From IMG/VR virus record IMGVR_UViG_3300025759_009745: a stretch of DNA of 20,000 nucleotides; one strand, written 5' to 3'. Under the pieces are notes generated by a model. That model ran no database searches. It had not been told where the DNA came from and saw only the letters and a list, made by a program, of their open reading frames with translations. The stretch is from an uncultured virus (IMG/VR IMGVR_UViG_3300025759_009745). Taxonomy: Duplodnaviria; Heunggongvirae; Uroviricota; Caudoviricetes. Positions 1-8,644 of the stretch are shown here, in pieces (position 1 is the first letter of the stretch; every line of letters begins with the position of its first letter). The position numbers were made by a program, and so were the translations under genes.

Positions 1-110
1 TTGGCTCTATACATGTCTGCTTTTCCGACAACTTCAGACGGCGGCTTGGTAATGTAAATTTTAACTACTTTTCCATCTTCCGTCTTAACTTCTATGTTTC
101 TTTTAGTCAT
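1..110 (-). CDS. Hypothetical protein, N-terminal fragment (MTKRNIEVKTEDGKVVKIYITKPPSEVVGKADMYRA...), runs off the window; possibly tail-assembly related
   Basis: ATG at 110-108 overlaps the TGA of the upstream gene (ATGA coupling); the frame is open to the window edge; not in the ORF track. Confidence 0.7.
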   Translation of the reverse strand, partial: MTKRNIEVKTEDGKVVKIYITKPPSEVVGKADMYRA

Positions 111-469
111 TCTTTTTCCTCTTTCTTAACCGGGATACTAACATTATATCTTAACCATTTTATTTCATACTGAGATATCTCAGCGTCAATGTTCTTAGCC
201 TGTGCATTTCCTTTATCTAATATTTCCTGTCTAGCTTTTTGGTAAATATCATACATCACTTTTTGTTCAGGTGTTATACTTTCTGGGTCATCACTATCCC
301 ATAAAAAACCAAAATGTTTTTCGATTGTGCTTAAAGACCCTATCATAGTAGTGATAACTTTTTTCTTTAGGATCTTAGAAAGTCTTTCTTTCGAGTCGAA
401 GCGATATTTATCTTCTTTTACTTTCTTGTACTCAGCGTGCTGTCTTATTAAAGAATTATAATTTTCCAT
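107..469 (-). CDS. Phage hypothetical protein (120 aa, charged/helical)
   Basis: ORF with GGAG RBS, packed between neighbours; no motif recognised. Confidence 0.75.
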   Translation of the reverse strand: MENYNSLIRQHAEYKKVKEDKYRFDSKERLSKILKKKVITTMIGSLSTIEKHFGFLWDSDDPESITPEQKVMYDIYQKARQEILDKGNAQAKNIDAEISQYEIKWLRYNVSIPVKKEEKE

Positions 470-470
470 T

Positions 471-1508
471 TTATCTCCTAAGTCTAGTTCTTATTCCTTC
501 TGTGGCCTGTGTTTTTAGTTTCAACTGCTCATCTTCAAAATCAATTTGATTTAGCTGACCGGCTTTTTTGAGTTTGTTAAACCTTTGACGTTTAACGAAT
601 TGTGCCCCCTGATTGTTTATAGAATCAATTTTCATTGCTTCTTCTCGATCAGAGGCCATTAAAAATACTTCTTGTTTGCTAGATATCTCTGAATTTAAAT
701 TTTGTTCCATATCAGATTCCTTTTTTTCTTGTTCTCTTTTTTTCCTTTGTAGTATAAACCACCCGTCTAAAACGTCGTCATCATTTATCACGCTATCGTC
801 TGGACACTCAGAAGAATCGTGAATATTGTCATACATTTTTGACCACATGAAAATATTTTTTTGGTCAACTGAAAGCTCTCTACCTTTGTTTGGAAATAGT
901 TTATTAATATCTTTATCACAGTAGTTCCAAAAATTAACCCAAGGGTCAGTTCTTGAAAGTTCTCTTATGTTTTTTTCACTTAAAAAACTACTGAAATATC
1001 TTTCTGCTATGTGGTCAACAGATAATTCTTTGAAGTCATATTTTTGATTATCAACGTAAGTGCATCTTCTAATCATTTCATAAGTTTTAAATGTCGTCGC
1101 AATCCCTTCAGCAGTAGTAGAGAAATAAGTATTTTTTTCTTCCAGAAGCTTAGATAGCGCCTGTTCTGATGTTCTTAAAAGCCTCCTACCGCCTTCTCTG
1201 ATATCTTCTTTATTTCTCATTTCAAACATTTTTAGTTTTATTTTTTCAACATTTTCCTCTATCTCTTTAATCTTTTTATCTTTCTCTTTGCCCCAAACCC
1301 CCTGTTCTGTCATCCATTTTAAATTTTCTTCCATTGTCATGCAGCCATTATCTATGGACTCTTTGTAAGCTTCCATATAGGCAATGTTTATTTCTAATTC
1401 ATCATCAACAGTGGGTGTTAATACACTTAGCTTTATGTTATTTTCTTTTACAATAGTCTTCCCAGATCTTATCCTAGATATAAAATACTCCCGTTCATGC
1501 TGTTTCAT
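471..1508 (-). CDS. Putative tail assembly chaperone-like protein (345 aa, coiled-coil rich)
   Basis: Lies directly downstream of the tail tube gene; highly charged helical sequence; GAGG RBS. Function inferred from synteny only. Confidence 0.4.
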   Translation of the reverse strand: MKQHEREYFISRIRSGKTIVKENNIKLSVLTPTVDDELEINIAYMEAYKESIDNGCMTMEENLKWMTEQGVWGKEKDKKIKEIEENVEKIKLKMFEMRNKEDIREGGRRLLRTSEQALSKLLEEKNTYFSTTAEGIATTFKTYEMIRRCTYVDNQKYDFKELSVDHIAERYFSSFLSEKNIRELSRTDPWVNFWNYCDKDINKLFPNKGRELSVDQKNIFMWSKMYDNIHDSSECPDDSVINDDDVLDGWFILQRKKREQEKKESDMEQNLNSEISSKQEVFLMASDREEAMKIDSINNQGAQFVKRQRFNKLKKAGQLNQIDFEDEQLKLKTQATEGIRTRLRR

Positions 1509-1529
1509 TTAAAACCTCATGACGGGAGT
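1487..1529 (-). promoter_or_regulatory. RNA hairpin enclosing the RBS and start codon of the 345-aa gene
   Basis: Inverted repeat ACTCCCGT(T)CATG (1487-1499) / CATGACGGGAGT (1518-1529), plus an inner GTTT/AAAC stem (1502-1505/1512-1515) with the AUG in the loop. Confidence 0.6.
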
Positions 1530-1607
1530 GTATATATGCATTTTATCCTTCCTAATATCCACAAAACTCGCTATCCTAAAAAGCTATCGCCGTTGTGGTA
1601 TAATATT

Positions 1608-2771
1608 CTAATTAAGTACCTGCTTTGCCCAAAGTGTACTAGCAGTTCCGCCTTGACCCATAACACCACTGTTGTTATGACCAAGTTGTTTAACTTCCAA
1701 ATCGTTAAAGTTAGAGTAACTGTAGGAGTTAGAGACATTACCACCGGTAGCATCACCCCCGCCATAACTAATACTTGATAATCTATTTTTTGTTCCTAGG
1801 TCGAAGGACATACCCCCGCGCAAAGCGAAGTATATAGTTTCTTCTCCGGTGTTGTTACCGGATGCATTCGTGTTGAACAAGTCTGGATCACCACTTTCTA
1901 AGCCTTGAACAAAATCACCAGAAGTAGAAATAGCTTCAATCTCACAGGTAACTTCGACTGGGAATGCAGCAGGACGGAAGTAAGGTGTTTTCCTACCAAG
2001 CTCAAATATATCTTCACGACTAAAGTCAGTGCTAATATTGACACTTTGAAGGTGAACAAGAAGACCGCTTGCCTGCTGATTATCTTCTGCATTTATGTCT
2101 CCATAAGCATTTCCAGGGTTCGATCCAACAACCCCATAAATACCTTGCGGTAGAATGCTATAATCCATTCTAACATCTTCTCGTCTTTGAACACCACCAC
2201 TACCTGGGGCGAGGGCAAATGGAGAATCAGTTCCATCAAAAGCATCAACGTCTGCGTCCGCCATGCTAACGGCATTACCAGTCAACCACTGCTTATTGTT
2301 ACCGACTAATGTTAAGCTCTCTGTGCAATTGCCATCAACTGGAAAAGTATAAGATACATTTGAAATGTACATGCCTGAGCAGTAAACTTCAACTTCTGAC
2401 TTTCCGGTTGAAGCAGAAGCTATATTATCAGAAGCTTCGTCAAAAATGCCCAGTCTTAAATCGCACTGTTCCTTGGATCTTGCAACTAGACCGCTGTTTG
2501 GAGTTCCAGTCACGCCGGTGCTTGCCATTAAGTACATAAGCGGATAGCCATCTAGAACCTTTTCTAGAGTCACCTCTACGTCTGGAGTACCTTCAATGTT
2601 CTCATAAATTTCAATTTGTCCCAGTTCAAAGATTTGTTCTAGGTTAAAGTTTGTAGTTACACCTACACTCTGAACACCATGAACCATGTCTGCAGCAGCT
2701 ATATTTGTCTTTCCGACAGGAGCTATCGAAACCCCCTGACACGAATATATAATTCTATTATTGGATGACAT
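1608..2771 (-). CDS. Major tail tube protein (387 aa, two tandem tube-like domains)
   Basis: Follows the neck/terminator genes; has its own promoter motif and a strong AAGGAG RBS; beta-rich; duplicated motif QSVxxxTxFxxExIFELG with T4 gp19/lambda gpV-like strand-loop character. Confidence 0.7.
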   Translation of the reverse strand: MSSNNRIIYSCQGVSIAPVGKTNIAAADMVHGVQSVGVTTNFNLEQIFELGQIEIYENIEGTPDVEVTLEKVLDGYPLMYLMASTGVTGTPNSGLVARSKEQCDLRLGIFDEASDNIASASTGKSEVEVYCSGMYISNVSYTFPVDGNCTESLTLVGNNKQWLTGNAVSMADADVDAFDGTDSPFALAPGSGGVQRREDVRMDYSILPQGIYGVVGSNPGNAYGDINAEDNQQASGLLVHLQSVNISTDFSREDIFELGRKTPYFRPAAFPVEVTCEIEAISTSGDFVQGLESGDPDLFNTNASGNNTGEETIYFALRGGMSFDLGTKNRLSSISYGGGDATGGNVSNSYSYSNFNDLEVKQLGHNNSGVMGQGGTASTLWAKQVLN

Positions 2772-2808
2772 TGTTGTTTTCTCCTTAACTATTGTAGAAT
2801 TGCTGTAT

Positions 2809-2819
2809 TATTATACACA
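2809..2819 (-). promoter_or_regulatory. Putative late promoter TGTGTATAATA upstream of the tail tube gene
   Basis: The identical 11-mer occurs in three intergenic gaps (2809, 9499, 17979), all oriented with transcription. Confidence 0.65.
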
Positions 2820-2827
2820 AAAAATGA

Positions 2828-3805
2828 TTAAATATCTTCTTTGACACCTTCTGTGGAAAATCTGACTAGACCGCCAAATAGGTCAGAGTCAATAAATTCC
2901 ATTTCCTGTATGGTGCAACTAGTCATCCTCATTTTTCCAGCCTGATAATTTTCTAAAATTTCTGGATATCTCATAGCACCAGAATTGGGAACGCCCCTAT
3001 AATCTAGAGGGTATTCATTATTTTCATACATTTGATTGGAATTAAAAAGGTATATATGTTTGTCACTTTGTAAAGAAACTATGTCCAATAGCTTATTTCT
3101 CGTTATCTCATCTTCAGCCAAACAATGAAAAATAATATCTGTATACACCCATTGACCACCTCCTAATTGATATCCTTTAAATTTTCTGAATGGTACAATC
3201 TCTACGGCTATTGCTGGTAGTTGAAGTCTACCTTCCGGGGGGATATTCCACCTACCCTTATCTGGCTCCAAAAAACTAGAATCTGGCTCTAGCGTATCTT
3301 TTTGAATATTTTTTAACCAAGGCAAGTTATTGGCATAAACTACATTTATCCATTTATAGCTGTATTCAGCCTGAACCAAAGATCCAGAAGGTATAGGGTT
3401 GTCAAAGATAACTCTACCATTAAAATGATCTATGTAGTGAGCGTATGTACCAGTTGAACTATTAGGATGAAAAACACCATCTACATAGACACCAGAAACA
3501 CCTGGGTTATCATTGTCAGTCCCAACTAATGGTGCTGGGGTATAATCTACACCGCTTTGCCAAACCCAATTCTTCCTAAAACCCTCCCAGACTTTTCCCG
3601 CCTCATAAGTCCCGCTTTCAGAAACTTTAAGTCTACTGTAGTCATAGCCATCTGGAGAAAGCTCACCAGAGGTAATATTAAAGTAATTTCCTATATCTAA
3701 TAATGCCCAATCAAAATATTCTACAACTGCATCCTGTATGTCATTAGACAGGGTGTAGGAGTTTATATCTGAAATACCTTTTAGTGGCTGATAATAATTA
3801 GGCAT
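2828..3805 (-). CDS. Putative tail terminator / tail completion protein (325 aa) with an inserted beta domain
   Basis: Directly upstream of the tail tube gene; the C-terminal LPAIAVE...GYQLGGG...DIIFHCLAEDEITRNKLLDIV pattern resembles terminator folds. Confidence 0.5.
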   Translation of the reverse strand: MPNYYQPLKGISDINSYTLSNDIQDAVVEYFDWALLDIGNYFNITSGELSPDGYDYSRLKVSESGTYEAGKVWEGFRKNWVWQSGVDYTPAPLVGTDNDNPGVSGVYVDGVFHPNSSTGTYAHYIDHFNGRVIFDNPIPSGSLVQAEYSYKWINVVYANNLPWLKNIQKDTLEPDSSFLEPDKGRWNIPPEGRLQLPAIAVEIVPFRKFKGYQLGGGQWVYTDIIFHCLAEDEITRNKLLDIVSLQSDKHIYLFNSNQMYENNEYPLDYRGVPNSGAMRYPEILENYQAGKMRMTSCTIQEMEFIDSDLFGGLVRFSTEGVKEDI

Positions 3806-4430
3806 TTATTATCCTTTGAACTATTGATTTTATTTCTTCTTCTTTTCCTGAAAACGCCCTAGTTATAAAGTTATCGTCTGCCGTACCTGAAAACTGAGGA
3901 TCTATTCTAAATCCAACACTGGAAGATTGCATATACCCAGCGCCAGATCTACCGACAGAACCTGCTTTATATTCATAACCAACAACAATTATTTTATCCC
4001 CCTGGGTCAATAACCAATCTAACCAATTTAGAGATACTCCCTTTTCTGTATTTATTACAGAATATGTAGAGTTTAGTAAGTTTGCAAAAGAACTTGGTTG
4101 GCAATTTATTTGTATTCCACCTTTTAAGTTCTTATTTATCTGCGTAACCTTAACCTCTGTAGAATCTACGATAGATCTCACTATACTATCAACAGCACCG
4201 CCAGCCTGCGAAGGTTCAAAACCAAGAGTGGCATTAAGTGAGCCAGGAACGCCCTCTTGCAGTAAACTTCTTATCTCTGGCTGAAGGTAAATCCATTGAG
4301 AAACTTTTCTCTTTATTTCTCTCTCAATACTTGACCTTTTCTTTCTAAACACCGTTTTTAATGCGTCAGCAATGGAAATGTTTATTTTTTTTTGTATGTC
4401 TTGTTTTGAATTTTTTATTCTAATAGGCAT
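3798..4430 (-). CDS. Putative neck / tail completion protein (210 aa; start revised to MPIRIK)
   Basis: ATG at 4430 overlaps the upstream TAA (TAATG); basic N-terminus; C-terminal FITRAF..I..I; position between the head-closure and terminator genes. Confidence 0.45.
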   Translation of the reverse strand: MPIRIKNSKQDIQKKINISIADALKTVFRKKRSSIEREIKRKVSQWIYLQPEIRSLLQEGVPGSLNATLGFEPSQAGGAVDSIVRSIVDSTEVKVTQINKNLKGGIQINCQPSSFANLLNSTYSVINTEKGVSLNWLDWLLTQGDKIIVVGYEYKAGSVGRSGAGYMQSSSVGFRIDPQFSGTADDNFITRAFSGKEEEIKSIVQRIINA

Positions 4431-4909
4431 TAGGTTCTCTCCCAAAAACAAACCCAGTATCGCTCTTTGTGAAAACCTATTGGAAAAGGTTCTCCAAACT
4501 TTTTAAATTTCATCTCAATGTCATCATCTATTTCGGTATGAGCAATAAGCTGTTTAGCTCTCATTACTTTTCCTAAATCAGAACCAAAAAAAACCGTTTG
4601 TATGGAATTATCTGGAACCACTAAAACTCCACCGACTTTAAGCCAAGCCTTTCTGTCCCAATAAACTTTCATCTTTATTGTTTCGGTCTTTTCTACTTCT
4701 TTATATGTCTTGTTGTCTCTATTGTATTGATCTTTTTTTCTTCTGTGTGGATTAATGGATCTATTTTCTGGACGGTTGTCATCAGGGTTATCTAATTCTT
4801 CTACTTTTTCTACGTATATCAACTGACAGTCAACCCCTAGATCATTGATTGTGGCATCAATAATCTCATTATACTTATCAAATATTTTCTGTGGAATACT
4901 AAAAGCCAT
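4430..4909 (-). CDS. Putative head closure (stopper) protein (159 aa)
   Basis: Size, beta-rich C-terminus and position upstream of the neck/terminator/tube genes. Confidence 0.4.
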   Translation of the reverse strand: MAFSIPQKIFDKYNEIIDATINDLGVDCQLIYVEKVEELDNPDDNRPENRSINPHRRKKDQYNRDNKTYKEVEKTETIKMKVYWDRKAWLKVGGVLVVPDNSIQTVFFGSDLGKVMRAKQLIAHTEIDDDIEMKFKKFGEPFPIGFHKERYWVCFWERT

Positions 4910-4917
4910 GTTAAACC

Positions 4918-5115
4918 TTATATGTCTGAATCACCTGTGTAGTATCTCACATCATCAAATCTATCGTCAAGTTTAATATGAAGTTCACCAGAAGGTACAA
5001 AAGAATTTAGATCTGGATCTCTCTTTGATGTTGCTCCAGTTTCTTTAGGGTAAACAGTTATAGATCCATTTTTTATTTGATTGCCATTAATAACTGGCCT
5101 TAATACATCTGACAT
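4918..5115 (-). CDS. Small hypothetical virion protein (65 aa; start revised to MSDVLRP)
   Basis: ATG at 5115 with GGAG at 5122-5125; fills the gap between genes. Confidence 0.65.
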   Translation of the reverse strand: MSDVLRPVINGNQIKNGSITVYPKETGATSKRDPDLNSFVPSGELHIKLDDRFDDVRYYTGDSDI

Positions 5116-5133
5116 TTTTATCTCCAAAAAATA

Positions 5134-6522
5134 TTATATTAGTTGTCCACTAACCCAGTTTGTTCCATTCGCAATCATAATCCATTGACTCGTTAGATTA
5201 CCACTAGCAAATGCGATAACTCCGGTATTTGATGCTGGAATTTGATCTTTAACATCTATTACAGTGTTAAATACGGGAATCGTTAAAAAACCACTCTCAC
5301 TAACTATTGTGTTAGATAATCCACTATCGCTTACTACCTGAGCATAGTTTTGAGAAGCGGACTCCTTGTTTGTTTGTAATTGATTGAAGTTTCCTGTACC
5401 AGCCGTATTTAAGGAATCTTCAACAAAAGACAATCCACTTCCAGTGTTTTCAAAAGTACCCCTAGTCCAGCCACTAACAGCAAGGTCGGAATCTATTATT
5501 GTAGAATCTGCCCAGCCACTAACCAATACTCCAGTGTCTGTTATTGTAGAGTCTGACCAGCCACTAACCAATACTCCAGTGTCTGTTATTGTAGAATCTG
5601 ACCAGCCACTAACCAATACTCCAGTGTCTGTTATTGTAGAATCTGCCCAGCCACTAACCAATACTCCAGTATCTGTTATTGTAGAGTCTGACCAGCCACT
5701 AACCAATACTCCAGTATCTGTTATTGTAGAATCTGCCCAGCCGCTCACACCGAGAATAAAACCAGAAACTTCTGGAACGTCGTCAAATCTTAATTGTCTG
5801 AATGTAGGATAATCTTCTGATAAAGGATCACCACCAGAAGGGCCACAAAGGATATAAGTTCTTGGTTGTTTGTTAAATGTCAATGCTTGATTTACAAGAC
5901 CACTATAACTGAAAACAATGTCCGTACCAGTGTCATTATTTAATTCATTCTTCATGAATGGCTCTTTTTGAAAGCCTTCTCCAGAACCATCTATACCACT
6001 AAAGTATATTCCATAATTTTCTAGAATTAAGCCATCGCTTGTTATCAAACCATTTACATCTAAAGTTGATGATGGGTCAGAAGTGTTAACACCCATCCTA
6101 TTCTGAGAAGAATTTATTACAAAAGAATTATCTGTAAACAATATCTGATTGCTATCAAAAACTGCTATACCACTTTTTACCGGCGTATTAAAGGCAGAGA
6201 AAACCGCCTTTTCTCCTGGGTAAGTAACGTATACTTCTTTTAAACCTGCTGGAAAATCAACAAGATTATTAGAATTGCTACTGTTGTATACTGTAGTTCT
6301 AGATATGAAATCTTTTGGTATAGCGTCTCTTATAAAAGCTCCTAAACCAACCTCATAGTTGTCTCCATCAGAGATGGCATAAAATAAAACATCTCCAGAT
6401 GTATAGAATTTAGAAAATTCACTAAATCCATCTGGGATTTCTTCTAAGCAGCAGGGACCGGTTCCGGTTGTTCTGCTTAATTGTTTTATTCTATCTGTTA
6501 GTGCGGGATTACTATTCGGCAT
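5134..6522 (-). CDS. Fibre-like structural protein (462 aa) with a 15-aa VSGW tandem repeat
   Basis: The N-terminal DRIKQLSRTTGTG...YEVGLG...ISRTTVYNSSNSNNLVDFPAGLKEVYVTYPGEKA domain is common in phage fibre/structural proteins; RMGVNTSDPSSTLDVNG fibre motif; repeat shaft. Confidence 0.6.
   Translation of the reverse strand: MPNSNPALTDRIKQLSRTTGTGPCCLEEIPDGFSEFSKFYTSGDVLFYAISDGDNYEVGLGAFIRDAIPKDFISRTTVYNSSNSNNLVDFPAGLKEVYVTYPGEKAVFSAFNTPVKSGIAVFDSNQILFTDNSFVINSSQNRMGVNTSDPSSTLDVNGLITSDGLILENYGIYFSGIDGSGEGFQKEPFMKNELNNDTGTDIVFSYSGLVNQALTFNKQPRTYILCGPSGGDPLSEDYPTFRQLRFDDVPEVSGFILGVSGWADSTITDTGVLVSGWSDSTITDTGVLVSGWADSTITDTGVLVSGWSDSTITDTGVLVSGWSDSTITDTGVLVSGWADSTIIDSDLAVSGWTRGTFENTGSGLSFVEDSLNTAGTGNFNQLQTNKESASQNYAQVVSDSGLSNTIVSESGFLTIPVFNTVIDVKDQIPASNTGVIAFASGNLTSQWIMIANGTNWVSGQLI
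5467..5748 (-). repeat. 45-bp coding tandem repeat (W[A/S]DSTITDTGVLVSG): five near-identical units and one degenerate unit
   Basis: CCAGCC(A/G)CT recurs at 5467, 5512, 5557, 5602, 5647, 5692 and 5737 (45-bp period). Confidence 0.95.
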
Positions 6523-6528
6523 ATTGGC

Positions 6529-7512
6529 TTACGCATTGTTGGTGACTGTTGGAACAACCCCAGACTTAGAGCCTGGATTATAGCCATAAACTACCAAATC
6601 ATTATTTTGAGCATCAATATACTGATTGCCATCATTTTGAACAACAAAAGTAAGCTTTCTAGGATTATCTACATCGTCTGGACCATCGTTTCCAGTTCTT
6701 AAAACAATACCAACGGTGTTAAGATCCATATCCTCTTGACTTCCAGAGGTTGACGTTGCATTACTCAAGCCTAAAGCTACATACTTGTTATCTTCAAATA
6801 CACCGCTATTAAATGTTATTGTAAATTTACCTGTATCGTCTTTAGTTAGATTTTCAACATTGTAATAGGACTTAATTACAGGGGCGTTATGATCTGGAGG
6901 TAAGTTTCCACTAGCATCAAAGCTCAACCAAGCTTTGGCTAACCCATGAAAACTATCTGTATAAGTATTATCTAGATTAAACTCAAGTTTTCCAGATGTA
7001 CCAATATAGAGATCGTCATGATCCCCTTGATAAACAAATTGAATACCTCTGTCGTCAGAGGCTCCATTTTCTAGACCAGAACTATTAATCCAATTGGTAG
7101 TTCCTACTCCCAGGTTGTCATCCATCGACCTAGTGCCATTTAGGTTCATATATTGAGGATGGTCATCGTCTAGTAAGCTACCAGGGGCTAATTGGCCGTG
7201 ATCTATAGCATCATTGCCTGGATATGGATCTTCTTGAAGTAATGATGGATTTTCTGAACTATTTGGAAAATATATACCAGACTCAACATAAAGCAATCCA
7301 TTGCCATCCCCTGGTATGTGACGAACTGTTACATTGTTATAGAATGGATACTCTGTTTCTGTGTCTCCACTGGCAACGATCCTAGAAATGGAAGCAACAG
7401 TGTCTTCCATATTGTGTCTTACGTCGTAAGCGGAAATAAGACCCGCATTATTGTCTGCTAATTCCGATGAGATGCTGGAAATAATATCTCCAGAACTTCT
7501 TATTGTAGGCAT
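6529..7512 (-). CDS. Fibre/appendage-like structural protein (327 aa)
   Basis: N-terminal LADNNAGLISAYDVR motif, DHGQL...DDDHPQY motif, and a C-terminal AKAWLSFD...YNVENLTKDDTGKFTITF domain recalled from phage fibre proteins; AGGAG RBS. Confidence 0.55.
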   Translation of the reverse strand: MPTIRSSGDIISSISSELADNNAGLISAYDVRHNMEDTVASISRIVASGDTETEYPFYNNVTVRHIPGDGNGLLYVESGIYFPNSSENPSLLQEDPYPGNDAIDHGQLAPGSLLDDDHPQYMNLNGTRSMDDNLGVGTTNWINSSGLENGASDDRGIQFVYQGDHDDLYIGTSGKLEFNLDNTYTDSFHGLAKAWLSFDASGNLPPDHNAPVIKSYYNVENLTKDDTGKFTITFNSGVFEDNKYVALGLSNATSTSGSQEDMDLNTVGIVLRTGNDGPDDVDNPRKLTFVVQNDGNQYIDAQNNDLVVYGYNPGSKSGVVPTVTNNA

Positions 7513-7524
7513 TATTATTCTCTC

Positions 7525-8037
7525 CTAATAATTAAAATATCCACCAGATCTATGATCTGTATTATTTCTTGAAATTAAATCTGAACCTGGGCTATATGGA
7601 CTAAGTATAGCCTGTCCAACTTGACTACCATATTCAAAATCTGATTTTAATTGTTCATACTTAGAACACATATGGTCAGCAAGTTTACTTAGGTTGTCGG
7701 CAACGGGGCCATAACTAATACTCGAAACACCATCTTTAACAGTAACCGCACAATTAGCAGCATCTTTATACTCGTTTGTATATATCATACACGCGGTTTT
7801 GTAAGACACCAAAGTTATAAAGTCAGAATCATCTGATGGGTCTGGGGTGATAGAGTTAGAGGGGATATCTATAGTGTAATCCTCGGTAAATTCTACCTCC
7901 GTCGTAACTGTATAACCATTCACAACAAAAGCTGTTAAAAGTTTGCTATCTGAGTATGTATAATTATCATAGTCTGTATCATTTATTAAAACTCTAACTA
8001 TCTGTATAGCTGTGTCTTGCCAAACATCGTGAGCCAT
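7525..8037 (-). CDS. Putative head-tail adaptor/connector protein (170 aa; likely start MAHDVWQ, alternative start at 8049)
   Basis: IVRVLIND...YSDSKL helical N-terminus and VTVKDGVSSISY hairpin, typical of SPP1 gp15/HK97 gp6-like adaptors; GGAG at 8044-8047. Confidence 0.55.
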   Translation of the reverse strand: MAHDVWQDTAIQIVRVLINDTDYDNYTYSDSKLLTAFVVNGYTVTTEVEFTEDYTIDIPSNSITPDPSDDSDFITLVSYKTACMIYTNEYKDAANCAVTVKDGVSSISYGPVADNLSKLADHMCSKYEQLKSDFEYGSQVGQAILSPYSPGSDLISRNNTDHRSGGYFNY

Positions 8038-8048
8038 TGCTATCTCCA

Positions 8049-8375
8049 TTAAAGATTATCTATTACCTTGAATCTGCCTATTTCGCTTCTCCAACTACCC
8101 GACGAAAGTACTAAATATAGCTGAACCCTCCATTCACCATCTTGATCTAGGTCGTCTTCAACTGTGGTATATTGAACCTTGCCGTCAGATCCATCTGTAG
8201 TAAATCCACCATTTCTTGTTATCTTACTTCCGTCTGGTTTTTTAAAAGTAAATGTAATCGTTGTGGCAGAACTAACATTCAATGCAGAAGCAACACAATT
8301 AGCATTAGTATCTTGTAGTGTGGCTCTTATTATAGTGCCAATATCACCTACGTGTAAATCTTCTATACAAGCCAT
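8049..8375 (-). CDS. BppU N-terminal-like Ig-fold structural protein (108 aa)
   Basis: GDIGT...FKKPDGS...DGKVQYT...DLDQDGEWRVQ pattern resembles the BppU_N family. Confidence 0.55.
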   Translation of the reverse strand: MACIEDLHVGDIGTIIRATLQDTNANCVASALNVSSATTITFTFKKPDGSKITRNGGFTTDGSDGKVQYTTVEDDLDQDGEWRVQLYLVLSSGSWRSEIGRFKVIDNL

Positions 8376-8644
8376 TATCTTTCTACCTCGAAAATAACAT
8401 CTGTGTTCATTGTTAATTCTACATCTTTTTCAGTGTTCATAGATAGTAAAATTTCATTTTTTTTATTCAAACTTAGGTCAAGTTCTAATTTATCTGCAAG
8501 AGGATCTGAAATTAAAAATAAGTCAAGCGGAGGCATATAATTTGAAAAATAACTTAAAGCAAAATACCTGTTGGCAAAATAAGTTCCACCAGATTTAGCT
8601 TCTCCCTCTTGAAAAAATATAGGTAATAGTGAGCCATTTATCAT
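8375..8644 (-). CDS. Hypothetical protein (89 aa; start revised to MINGSLL)
   Basis: TAATG overlaps at both ends; the C-terminus has an approximately 10-aa periodicity (LSLN/LSMN/LTMN). Confidence 0.65.
   Translation of the reverse strand: MINGSLLPIFFQEGEAKSGGTYFANRYFALSYFSNYMPPLDLFLISDPLADKLELDLSLNKKNEILLSMNTEKDVELTMNTDVIFEVER

Noticed and set aside
1..110. Possible paralogy of the truncated ORF (VKIYITKP...ADMY) with the N-terminus of the 345-aa protein (IKLSVLTP...INIAY)
   Set aside because: Only 36 residues are visible, and the similarity is too weak to support
720..726. In-frame A AAA AAG slippery heptamer in the 345-aa putative chaperone (G/GT-type frameshift)
   Set aside because: The -1 frame stops almost immediately (GGA ATC TGA), no stimulatory hairpin is evident, and such runs are expected in Lys/Glu-rich AT-rich genes
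5467..5748. 45-bp periodic array as a possible CRISPR array
   Set aside because: There are no unique spacers; the whole unit repeats in frame inside a CDS
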